Below are positions 36,523 to 49,053 of a stretch of DNA of 64,000 nucleotides, in pieces. The notes under the pieces were generated by a model. The model ran no database searches and was not told the origin of the DNA. It was given only the letters and a program-made list of their open reading frames with translations. Origin of the DNA: Macrostomum lignano (lineage: Eukaryota); contig NIVC01003133.1 in the NCBI GenBank assembly GCA_002269645.1, positions 54,010 to 118,009 of the forward strand, given 5' to 3'. Each line of letters begins with the position of its first letter. Position 1 is the first letter of the stretch. The position numbers and the translations under genes were made by a program.

Positions 36523-37122
36523 TCAGGACGACTTTGAGTAGAGATCGAAGCTGCTCTTCATCGCTTTCCCAGCCGGCTCGTCCTCCACAGTGCCGATGTC
36601 CAGACTCTTGATGAACCTGGCCACGTGCACCACAGTGGGGTGGCTCAGCAGGTAGATGAACACAGACATAGTTGTCAGGATGCCGAGAGCATTGAACAGG
36701 ATTGCCAAGCTTCCGTACAGAGCCGCTCGTTTATGCGACTGCTCGTCTTTCTTGTTCGCCAACAGATTGTGCGCCCGCACTGACAAGGCTACGGCAATGG
36801 CGCCGAATATGAAATTGAAAAATATTGTCACAATCACCGACACAACAAAATTGGTGACTCGATTCTTGTTGTTTGTCTCGAACTCCATGGGCAGCAGGCG
36901 AGGGACCCCGAGCTGTTTGGTTAGGGGAGCCTCCGGGACCGCCTCGACCGCTTCAAGTTCCATCGGAGTCTGCCTTTGCTGCGGCTGCTGTTGCTGCAGA
37001 AGAGGCAAATGACTGCTTGACTCTGCTTCAGTGGATTGAAGCAGCGGATGGCTCATTAGACGAACCGACAGGAGACTGCTTGCCGCTGTCACGTCTGCGG
37101 CGTGGTCAGGCAGTTCCTGCAT
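36523..37122 (-). CDS. CD225/dispanin (IFITM/PRRT-like) membrane protein, single coding exon, 199 aa
   Basis: VTNFVVSVIVTIFFNFIFGAIAVALSVRAHN, a short loop, then ALYGSLAILFNALGILTTMSVFIYLL. This two-hydrophobic-segment layout with an N..G.IA...SV[KR] signature is typical of CD225 domains; the N-terminus is P/Q-rich. Confidence 0.72.
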   Translation of the reverse strand: MQELPDHAADVTAASSLLSVRLMSHPLLQSTEAESSSHLPLLQQQQPQQRQTPMELEAVEAVPEAPLTKQLGVPRLLPMEFETNNKNRVTNFVVSVIVTIFFNFIFGAIAVALSVRAHNLLANKKDEQSHKRAALYGSLAILFNALGILTTMSVFIYLLSHPTVVHVARFIKSLDIGTVEDEPAGKAMKSSFDLYSKSS

Positions 37123-37486
37123 CCTGCAGCGGAGAGGCTGGAGATTGCAAGAGCAAACAGGTGAAGGGAGACAGGGAGATGAAGTTTAAATATTCTATGA
37201 AATGCATATTTTCAGCAATTATTGCATCTCTCTCCCCTGACTGTACAGTGTTGAGTTGTATGCATTTGTTGCTAATAGAACTTGGGTTGGTGGCTGTTCA
37301 TTAAGCGTGGCCAATAAAATCCGGAAGCAGAGAGCGGCTCTTTCCTAAATTCCAGCTCTTCATCTAGCGCACAAAATATCTGCAAATTTTGGCCTCTTCT
37401 TTTGCTAAATTATTTTGTATTTCCATAAATACTTCCCAGCGATTAGATACTGAATCATATTCACCATCTCAAACTTGACATATCAT

Positions 37487-38048
37487 CAGGGCGTCGCTAC
37501 CGGTGGAACAGGGGGGACATGCCAATGCTTTGTCCCCCCACCCCACCTTGTGACCCGTTATGGAAATCAATAATTTTGCTTCAGGGCGACAAAACATAGT
37601 GCCTGCGGCACCAAAATGAGTGCTTGCGGCACCAAAATGAGTGCCTGCGGCACCAAAATGAGTGCCTGCGGCACCAAAATGAGTGCCTGCGGCACCAAAA
37701 TGAGTGCCTGCGGCACCAAAATGAGTTCCTGCGGCACCAAAATGAGTGCCTGTGGCGCCAAAATGAGTGCCTGTGGCGCCAAAATGAGTGCCTGCGGCGC
37801 CAAAATGAGTGCCTGCGGCGCCAAAATGAGTGCCTGCGGCGCTAAAATGAGTGCCTGTGGCGCCAAAATGAGTGCCTGTGGCGCCAAAATGAGTGCCTGC
37901 GGCGCCAAAATGAGTGCCTGCGGCGCCAAAATGAGCGCTGACAACACCGATTTTGAAAATATTGTACATGTAGGAATTAAGTCATGTACATGTACATGTA
38001 GAATTATTGGCTTTGCACTCCACCGTAAAATTCATGGCGACGCCCCTG
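37487..38048. mobile_element. hAT-like MITE (562 bp) containing a 21-bp minisatellite (gcggcaccaaaatgagtgcct)n at ~37605-37935
   Basis: TIRs cagggcgtcgc and (rc) caggggcgtcgc; 8-bp flanks catatcat / gatatcat (7/8 identical TSD). Confidence 0.75.
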
Positions 38049-38655
38049 GATATCATCATCATCACCTAGGTAAGACTAAGGACCATTGGGTATATCTGAA
38101 TATTAAAATTTTATTTTGGAAAATTTAATTTTGAGAGAGCAATTTTGTTTAAAAAATGCATTAGCAAGATTGCGATTTTTCCCGATTAATTCCAGCTAAC
38201 TCAACAAGGGCGGGCGAGGCTTGCCAACGTCTGAAGTGATTATTGTGAGTATAAATTCAGCATGAATTTGATTGCGAGTTGGTTGGCTTAAAAATATGCA
38301 AAAACATTAAATTGCGCTCGAGTGTCGTCCACTCTGACTTCACAAAAAACTGAATAGAAGGATGATACCACTTGGGCACGGCCATAGACTACAGAAAGGT
38401 AATTTATTTGCTGCATTAGTCTATGGTAGAAAGCGTGAAAGCGGAGGGACTACAATTGAACTCAAACTTTAAACTCAACCCCACTAGACTGACTGTACTG
38501 TAATCCCTCTTGATGTCTTTACGCTTTCGAGTTGGTCTTCGAATATGGTGCTAACGAGAGACCTGACATCAGAACCTTGATTCTTTCATCATCAGATTGA
38601 CTGTCACTGATCTATGTCTTAACTTCAATATGCTCTGTCTCTGTCTGTGCCATCA

Positions 38656-39023
38656 ATTTATTTTTTTTATTAGAGACTGTGGGGTTGTGTGCACCCTGGC
38701 GCACTTTAAGCGACATAGGCACACAACCGGCGAGAGGCATTACTGCCCATTCCGCCGACTCCCCTGAGCAGGCAAACAAGCGCGCGGATACGTACGCAGG
38801 CACACACTCACACAGGAGTGTACAGCGGCCCTAACTTATATTATCGTTAGGCATGTACACTTCACTGCGCCTTGGGGGTTTGGCTCTCAAGGCCGTTAAT
38901 TGCACGAGCAGAGCCAAGCCGAGATTCCAATTCAGCCTCAAAATTAATGTGACTGCACTTGGAATCGAGCCTGGGTCGCTGGCACACCAGAGCCTGCGCT
39001 AGACCGCTGGGCTACGGCCCCCC
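38656..39023 (-). mobile_element. tRNA-derived SINE (~370 bp), unrelated in body to the 21640 SINE
   Basis: On the - strand: ggggggccg, A box TAGCCCAGCGG, B box GGCTCGATTCC, a unique body, and an A-rich tail taataaaaaaaataaa. Confidence 0.72.
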
Positions 39024-39654
39024 TTTCTGTGCCATGAAACCATAGACTGTGTTTCGACCATAGACTTGTAATATTCTGTCATTTTTACTATGAGTGACGT
39101 ATCCAGAAGTACTGGTAAACTACTCGTCACTTCTTCTACCACCAAAACCAGCGAGTTGTCTCTACTTAACAATATTGTCAATTAAGTACAAAAACCGAAG
39201 AAAAGTTCATTTAATGCATTTTGCAGAAGCAGATCGCGTTCTTCTGCTTATGTAGCCTCATTTCCAGATTTCTCACTCCAGATGTCCATGGTTCTGCAAA
39301 CCAAATTTCCCAGAAGAAAAATATTTTATGCTCCTTCCGGGAATTCGCTGCTGAACTCAATAAACAACTGTATCTTCTGATTGCTATATTATATTCTCTC
39401 ATATATCGTCATGAATCTTCTTGAAACCCTAAACACTATTCTATATATATATAGTTCTGCTTCTTCTCCTAGTGGAAGACACATTTTCTGCTCTGCTGGT
39501 TCTCACGATCGTCAATGAAGGAATTATTGCCTATCATAAATCATAAATACGTACCACAGGGTACAGCTAGCATTCCATTATTTTGATTGGGATATTTTCT
39601 GTTAATTATAGTTATTACTTAGCAAGCTTTAATACATACTACGGAGATAGGGTA

Positions 39655-40090
39655 AATAGATCTGACAAATATAGGCCTATAGATCTGACAAATATAGGCC
39701 TATAGATCTGACAATCTAGGTCTATAGATCTGACTAATATAGGCCTATAGATCTCACCTACATAGGTATATATATCTGACTAATATGGGTCAATAGATCT
39801 GACTAATATACTTCTATAGATCTGACTGATCTAAGTCTATAGATCTGACTATTATAGGTCTATATATCTGACTAATATAGGTCTATAGACCCGGCTAATA
39901 TAGATCTATAGATCTGACTAATATAGGTCTATAGATCTGACTAATATAGGTCTATAGATCTGACTAATATGTCTATAGATCTAACTAGCATCTATAGATC
40001 TAACTATAGATCTGACTAATATACATGTAGGTCGATAGGTCTGACTAATCTAGGTCTGTAGATCTGACTAATATAGACCTATAGATCTGA
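39655..40090. repeat. ~23-bp palindrome-rich minisatellite (tatagatctgactaatataggtc)n
   Basis: Direct inspection. Confidence 0.85.
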
Positions 40091-40366
40091 TTATTTTTTT
40101 CAAAAGAACTTTTTAATAAGATTTAACAAGCATTCTATAGGTATTTCCTATAGAACGATCTGATTTGTTCGAATGCAGAAAGTCCCAGTCCATTATCGCC
40201 TTAGACTATACAAGGCTGTTTCATAAAATGCCCAACTTCAACGGACATTCAATACCTTGGAGCTGCTAGTGCACTAATGCACAGACACTTGACCCCGATG
40301 GCTTGTGAAAAAAACTGCAGGTAAATGGCGTCTGATTTCAAAGTAAAACGAAGTAATCCATTAGAT

Positions 40367-41269
<903 letters not shown>

Positions 41270-42543
41270 CGCTCACCGCTTGTACTTCAAAGTGCAGGTT
41301 CTTCAAAGTGTGCCCTTTATCTGATCTAAGCACTCTTGTGAAAGTTAGTGCAGATTTCCTTTATTTCTATCCTTTCCTTTGTCTAGTCTGCATCAGCCGC
41401 TGGCTCAGGCAGAAGGATGTGGGGTATTAATGGCAGGGATTTTAATGTGGACTGACGCTGATTGGACGCCTTGACTTGAGAATTTCTGGGATTCGCAGGT
41501 TTCATCCCAAAGAAAATACATATTTCCCCGCGAAGGATGTTAGGGAAAGAACTATCCTATAGTAAATTCCAATTTATACAATTTGGTGAAATTAATCCAG
41601 ATCACTCTATCTGAATTCGACAAAAGCTGAAAGCGGCCATTGTGGTGAGTACATACAGGTACAGTGCATGCATTTCCACTGCACAAGCTGATTTTGGCAA
41701 GGTTAATAATTAATTTAGTTTGAGAGCCTCACTGCTAGTTCATACTCGCCTCTCACCTCTCCCCGAGGCTTCCGTTTGTGCTGCGGATTCATACAGCAAT
41801 TAGCACCAATTTTCGCCGAACTGCAGGTAATAAAAATTAACAAGGTGAAACGCGTGTAACGGCTGACTTGGGTAATTTAATTAGGACAGAGTATTGTGCT
41901 AAAAAATCTTATTTGCAATGTAAACTGGTTTTTACACCTCTAGGGCGATTTAATCTTTTTCCATGTATTCTATTTTTTGTTTTAATGTTACAAAAAAATA
42001 ACCAATTGAAAGCTATAGAAATTTGCTAAGAAAGTTAAATTAATTTGTTGTAAAAATAGAGACATGAATAATAAGCAGTGTAAACTTAAAAACGCAAATC
42101 TAAAAATAGCTTTTTATAATATTTTGTCGGGCTTGATTACTTAAAGTACATATAAGATATAAATGTACATTGGTTAGCATTAACTGGGCAGAGATCGTCT
42201 CTGCTAAATTTATATCAAACCCGAATGTACATTGGTTAGCATTAACTGGGCAGAGATCGTCTCTGCTAAATTTATATCAAACCCGAATGTACATTATTAG
42301 CAGATCTGGGGAGTCAAAAACAAAAAAGTCAGCGTTTTTTGCAGATACAGTTGGCAAGGCCCCGTCTCTGCGCATGCAAGTTTAATTGTTCGTCACGTGA
42401 TGTTTACTTAAGTCACGAGCATAGTTTGCGATGTACAAGTACACGTACGTGTGTTCTATCTATTTTTAGCATCCAAGTAACGAGATAACGTGTACATTTA
42501 TGTAACATGACACTCATCGATAAAGCGTTTCCAATCCATGCGT

Positions 42544-45500
42544 CTACTTTCTACCATAGACGTCGAGGCTTCGGGCCCGGTCGAGAGCCTGGCGGAACAG
42601 CTGGTGCTCGCGACGCTCTCGCAGCTGGCAGGGCACAAAGCCGCGCATGTCGGCCAGGGTCTCAAGCTGATCAGCCAATGGTATGACCACCGGAGAACTC
42701 CGAGTGAGCAGCTGAATGTAGGCATTGCCTTCTAAGTCGGGCAGTAGATAGGCGTAGTGCAGCGGGGTTAGGCCTTCCTGTTTAAGGTTTGGAAATATGA
42801 AATATGAAATATGAAGGAATTGAAGGAAGAAATATCCATAAATATTCCATAAAATTCTAAATTATCCTACTCTAAGTAGACAAGCTGCGAATATTCTATC
42901 GGAAATTTTCTTACATTATCGGCCATAGCCGCCTGCTGGGGCCGTTCGGCCAGAATCCACAGCGCCATCTCGTAGCGATTGCAGGCGACCGCCCGAATCA
43001 GCGCCGAGTAGCCGTTGACATCGCGATAGTCGACTTCGTTCAGAGCTTTCATCTTTTCCAAGTCGTCTTGGCGGATGGCTTCAAAAAGCTCGCCGCACGA
43101 TTTCTATAATGTATTTAAATTGCAGATGTGCACTCGCTGGGAAGGAAAGTGAGGCACCAGAGGCGCCAGCACCAGAGGCGCCAGCACCAGAGGCGCCAGC
43201 ACCAGAGGCGCCAGCACCAGAGGCGCCAGCACCAGAGGCGCCAGCACCAGAGGCGCCAGCACCAGAGGCGCCAGCACCAGAGGCGCCAGCACCAGAGGCG
43301 CCAGCACCAGAGGCGCCAGCACCAGAGGCGCCAGCACCAGAGGCGCCAGCACCAGAGGCGCCAGCACCAGAGGCGCCAGCACCAGAGGCGCCAGCACCAG
43401 AGGCACTAGAGGCTCCCTGGCTAAAACCCTGAAGTACTACCGGTTCCCAGATACTAGAAGTGCATTTACTGAACTCACCTCAACCAGCTGAATGCGGCTG
43501 AGAAACTGCTCCTTCACGGGATCTTTTGAGCCGCTAGTCGGGCCGAAATTCGCCGCCCCATAGAAGTTGGTTGCCAGCGTCATCAGGAGGCCCTTAGCTG
43601 GGCGGGACTTCGACTGGCGAAACAACTCGTCGATCACCGAGTCCATGGCTTCGGCGAGGTCGCGACGTCCCAGCCGGACGGCCATCTCGCGCGGAGTGCG
43701 CAGCTCGCAGGAGAACGGCAGCCGGTCCTTCAGCAGCAGGACGTTCTGGCCTTGACGAGCCTGCAGGACTCTGACGAAGTGCTGCGGCCGGATGTCGGTG
43801 CGGATCAGGCGGTGCAGCATTGTGAAGCCATCCTGCGTTGTGCAGATTGGAGGAGGAGTGCTTGTAACTTTGTAGGAAGATGCAGGACTTCAATATTTCA
43901 AGGCAAACAAACATCATAACAAACAATCATCAAGACAGACAACCATCAAGACAAACAATCACCAAGACAAACAATCACCAAGATCAACAATCAACAAGAC
44001 GAACAATCAACAAGACAAACAACCACCAAGACAAACAACAACAAGACAAACAACAACAAGACAAACAATCACCAAGACAAACAACCACCAAGACAAACAA
44101 TCAACAAGACAAACAATCACCAAGACAAACAATCAACAAGACAAACAATCACCAAGACAAACAACAAAAAGACAAACAATCACCAAGACGAACAATCAAC
44201 AAGACAAACAATCAACAAGACAAACAATCACCAAGACAAACAATCAACAAGACAAACAATCAACAAGACAAACAATCAACAAGACAAACAATCACCAAGA
44301 CAAACAATCACCAAGACAAACAACCACCAAGACAAACAATCACCAAGACAAACAACAACAAGACAAACAATCAACAAGACAAACAATCAACAAGACAAAC
44401 AATCACCAAGACGAACAATCAACAAGACAAACAATCACCAAGACAAACAATCAACAAGACAAACGATTAACAAGACAAACAATCACCAAGACAAACAATC
44501 ACCAAGACAAACAATCAACAAGACAAACGATCAACAAGACAAACAATCACCAAGACAAACAATCACCAAGACAAACAATCAACAAGACAAACGATCAACA
44601 AGACAAACAATCACCAAGACAAACAATCACCAAGACAAACAATCAACAAGACGAACAACCACCAAGACAAACATTCATCAAGACAAACAATCATCGAGAC
44701 AAACAATCAACAAGACGAACAACCACCAAGACAAACTACCATCAAGACAGACAACCGTCAAGATAAGAAAACACCCAGGCAGACCAACAGATATACACAA
44801 GCAGAAATATTGCACAAATCAACACTCACCGGATCTCTGGCTTCGGAGTCAACCCCAGCTTCCACCAGCATCATCAACAGGTCGAACTGGCACGCCGAAG
44901 TGATAGCATAGTTAGCCAACGGCTCGCCATTCGGCCGCAGTCCCAGGGGAGAGGCGCCAGCGCTAAGCAGCGCTCTGGTCAGCGCCAGGTTCCGGTTCCC
45001 GACGGCCAGAGACAGCGGCGAGTGCTGCGTCTCCGGATGGCGCCGGTCCAAGTGCAGCTTCTTTGGCGGCAGTTTGCGCAGCAGCAGCTTGGCACCCTCG
45101 GTGTTGTCAGCCAGGATGTTGTGCACAAGATCGAGGAACGGCGACTCTCTGTCGATTGCCGCGGCCAAAGCGGGACAGTCGGGCGCGCCAGTCGACGACG
45201 GGTGACCCGAGTAGAAGTCCAAGGCGGTGTGACCCGGGAGCAACTGCGAGTGCGGGCTCACCCAAAGGTCAAGCGCTCTAACGCCGGCCTTGTAGCTTCC
45301 TCGTCTGAGCGCTTCAGCCAGGCCTGGCGAGTAGCGATTGAAAATGGCGGCTAGCGAGTCGGCAGCCTCGGCCGGTGCGCAGTCGACTGGGAGCTGGCCC
45401 AGCCGGTCTCTCAGCAGGGGGTCGGCGCCGCAGAGGAGCAGGGCGCGGCACATCTCCGCCTGGCCGCGTCTGGCAGCCACGTGCAGGGCGGTCTCGCCGG

Positions 45501-46987
45501 ACTGTGTTGGGTCGGGTGAGAAATCGCCGGGAAACTAATGGGCGGTCTATCTCAATGTAATAACTTGCGTGTGAAGGTCATCTTAGTTGCACAGGCGCTT
45601 ATAGTCAGTGTACATTTGAGGGGGGAGAGATGGAATCGTTTCTCTATTCCACTGCGGCTGTACAGTGAGCTGGGCGTCAGTCACTGTACATTGGGGAGAG
45701 AGATTGAATTACTTCTCTATGAGCTGGGCGTCAGTCACTGTACATTGGGGAGAGAGATTGAATTACTTCTCTATGAGCTAGGCGTCAGTCACTGTACATT
45801 GGGGAGAGAGGTTGAATTACTTCTCTATGAGCTGGGCGTCAGTCACTGTACATTGGGGAGAGAGATTGAATTACTTCTCTATGAGCTAGGCGTCAGTCAC
45901 TGTACATTGGGGCCTTGAATTGTTTCTATATTCCACTATAGCTGTACAGTGAGCTGGGCGTCAGTCATTGTACATTGGGGAGAGAGAGTTGTTTATTACT
46001 TCTCTAGGCCGCTATATCATGAACATAGATTAGAGAATGGGGTTGTGCCCGTATACAGAAATATTTAGTGTAACAAGCGTATGTATATAGATTTTTCATG
46101 TCAAAAATATACATCCCAAATCCAAACCTTATTCTGCGTGTTGACATTGATGCCCATGAGTGCCAGAGTATAGGCGGTCACCAACGCTTGCAAATCCTGG
46201 GACACGGCGCACAGATGCAACAGCGTGTTGCCGGCCCTGTCGCTTAGCGCGTTCTCGTAAATAGCTTGCTTAGCTTGCTCGTGAAGCTGCATGCGCGAAT
46301 GGGGTGGGGTGAGTACATTAAGTACTTTATTAATAGTTAGCTGATACCATTAGCATCACCAAATCACATTTTTCAGCGGGAAGGGGCGTTGACACTGTCG
46401 AGCGCGCACAAGGACGGTCGTGAATGCATACGCAGGTAACACGCTCTCACATAGTGTACAGCTGTCCTGAATGACATCGTCAGACATATAGTACAACAGG
46501 AGGAAATGATTCAAACAGAAGCTGCTCACACTACTAAGCTTCTCCTCGCGACACGTCTGAAGCAGGTTGTCGATCAACTGTCGAAATTTCTCTGTATCGC
46601 CGGAGCGCCGCAGCTCCATGGCGCGGCTGAACCGCTGGTAGTTGGCGTCGCGGGCGAGGCTCTCCACGCTGCTGCCATCATAGTCTCGATTGTGCGGAAA
46701 TCCAAAATCCAGCAACAGCGCCGCGCAGTCCTCTTCGCCGTAGTGCATCGCCAGGTAGAGTGGATCAAAGCCCGGTCGGCCCTGGGTAAGCTGGTCCCGG
46801 TGCGCCAGGTAGAGCTCTCGGTGATCTGACAGTAGCGTGTGCAGCTCTACGGGATTGCCGCTGAGCACTGACTCACGCAGCTGTGCATAAGTGTATTTGA
46901 TTTTTTTAAGTAGTTACATATGCATTTACTAATATATTAATTAACGACAGTTAATGCAAAATTTACCTTGTCAAGAACTAAAGCCAT
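42544..46987 (-). CDS. Ankyrin-repeat protein, 7 exons, 659 aa (46987-46967, 46880-46530, 46286-46128, 45501-44830, 43832-43479, 43103-42915, 42777-42544)
   Basis: Repeated G.T.LH..A motifs ([35 protein letters not shown]). All junctions are GT-AG and phase 0; total 1980 nt ending in TAG. Confidence 0.82.
43155..43405. repeat. Perfect 15-bp minisatellite (caccagaggcgccag)n, ~16 copies, intronic
   Basis: Inside ankyrin-gene intron 5. Confidence 0.95.
43905..44760. repeat. ~16-bp minisatellite (caagacaaacaatca(c/a))n, intronic
   Basis: Inside ankyrin-gene intron 4. Confidence 0.92.
45655..45985. repeat. 54-bp minisatellite, ~5-6 copies, intronic
   Basis: Unit gagctgggcgtcagtcactgtacattggggagagagattgaattacttctctat. 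Confidence 0.9.
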
Positions 46988-49053
46988 TTTAGTGTCCGTT
47001 GACATCAAACTTTTTTGTGTCATAAGAAAAAAATTAAATATATTGCTTTGGTTATTCTTAGTAAATGTAAGAATTAAAATAGCAGACTTGAAATTTCTTT
47101 TTTGTACTACTAAATCTTTTTATTCGTTTAAAAATCTTATTGAAATGCATTATCTCTATTTTTAAATGGCTGTACGGATCAGCCAGCATAATTTTATTTG
47201 CATAATAAGTGTCTTGCTTTCAGAATAAGTAAAGGGGTATAAAGCTGTCATATAGCTTATAACTAAAGTAAAAAGCATGTGTCGTTTGAACTTCTGACAT
47301 ATGGTTGTTGTCATTAGTATAGTATAATAAAGTATAGTATCACATGCTAAAAGTGGAAGGTTGTAAATGTGTCCTTCCCGCTTTGAGCAATAGGATCTAA
47401 TAAAAGCTTCGAGTCTAAAAGCACTAACTAAATTTTTCTAAATTTTATAAAATTAGCTAATTTTTGTTCTAGTTTTTATAATGCATGCATAAACAATATA
47501 AAAATCCTAAATTACGTGTTCATTCTTACTGTAACTATTAACAATAACTATTTAGTAACTTAAGATTTATAGAAATACTGGATATGATCAGCCATACAAA
47601 ATATGCTCGTATTTGATTATTTTTTCGATAAAGTATCTGTGTAATAATAGATTGTTATAAAAAGAGCGATTACTCTTCAATTAAAATGTATGCATATTTA
47701 CACTAGAAGTAAACGTTAAAACGAATTTTTATTCTTTTTGCCAAAAACACTATTTATTGAAACAATAAAAGTTCTATAGTAAAAGATTTAAAAAGCAATA
47801 AAATTTTTACATAGAAGATTTTGCAGACATTGACACTAAAATTTTCATTGCTACGAACTCCATAGTAAATTTGACTGAAATAAACATACGAAAACTTAAA
47901 AATTAAACTTATCTAGATTTTTCTTTATGATTTCCGTTAGTTATTAAGTTAGTGAATCAAATGAAACCTTATTAGCCTTTAGTGTTCGGGTATTAGAGTT
48001 ACATTCTCAAAATCGTTCCAAAATCGAATTTGTCTCTCTTTAACTAGGGTTTTCTGTTGCAGCAGCTTTCTATAGTTTCAGTTAAACAATTTAAGTAAAA
48101 TTGCACAATAATGATGAATGTGAAAATTTGTCCATTCAAAGCCATATGTTGTTAATAGCTACAAATATTCTGCATTTAGCCTTTTTCCCCATCCTTTATG
48201 TCAAAATAGTCATGTTATCAGTATTTATTAGGAATTCGACTTAAGCATATTGTAGACACCTAGGCTAAATTTCTATCAAATAGCTAAGCTTATTTACAGC
48301 CTGTAGAAATGAAATTAAATGAATCAAATGACTAATAGACCCTAATTTGATTTCCATATAACAAATAAATTACATATAAATTGTCTAGCTAAATAGCTAA
48401 AATTGCTAATCTAATTATTTTTTATATCAACAATTTCAAGACTATTTAGTTTAAGACTACTTGTAATTGATTCACATAAAAATAGTTTTTTGTAAATAAT
48501 TTGACCAAAATGAGAAAATGCTGGTTTAAATAAAAATAGCTCTACTAAGCTCTCTTATATAAGATTTATGCTTTTGTTAACAATTAGATTTTTAAAATAG
48601 ACTCTACTTTAGTTTATATTATTTTTATTGAAAAAATCATCCCTGTTGCCTTAATTTGCGAAAAATCGTTAACAGTATGATTTTGCAAAAAGTCGGTCAA
48701 CTAATGAGGTTCATTTTTAGTATATAGATTTATTTCATATATTTTTATTAAACATTATATTTTTCAAATCAAAACAAGCAAACAATTAGAATGATTTTAA
48801 CTAGCTTAACAAGTTTAATAAGTTTATATAAAGTGATAAATTTTGTGAATATTTTGTTTTTCTATGCATTAATTAAGGTTATAATTGCTGAAAAACTTTT
48901 AAGTTGAGCTTAGAATTTTATTTAAATAATCTCAATCAAGAAAAATTACTTTCCTGTTTTTGTCACTGTTTTATACTACTTTATATGTGCTCTTGTGAGC
49001 TTCAAATAATCCTACCTCACATACCCCCCAACACTAATTTTCATTGCAATCAG

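Noticed and set aside
38382-38426. 10-bp inverted repeat ccatagacta/tagtctatgg as a mini-transposon
   Set aside because: Only 45 bp with no target-site duplication; at most a hairpin or TE relic.
42538-42735. Plus-strand [16 protein letters not shown]... as a separate gene
   Set aside because: It is the antisense of the terminal ankyrin exon (EGLTPLHYA...GRK*).
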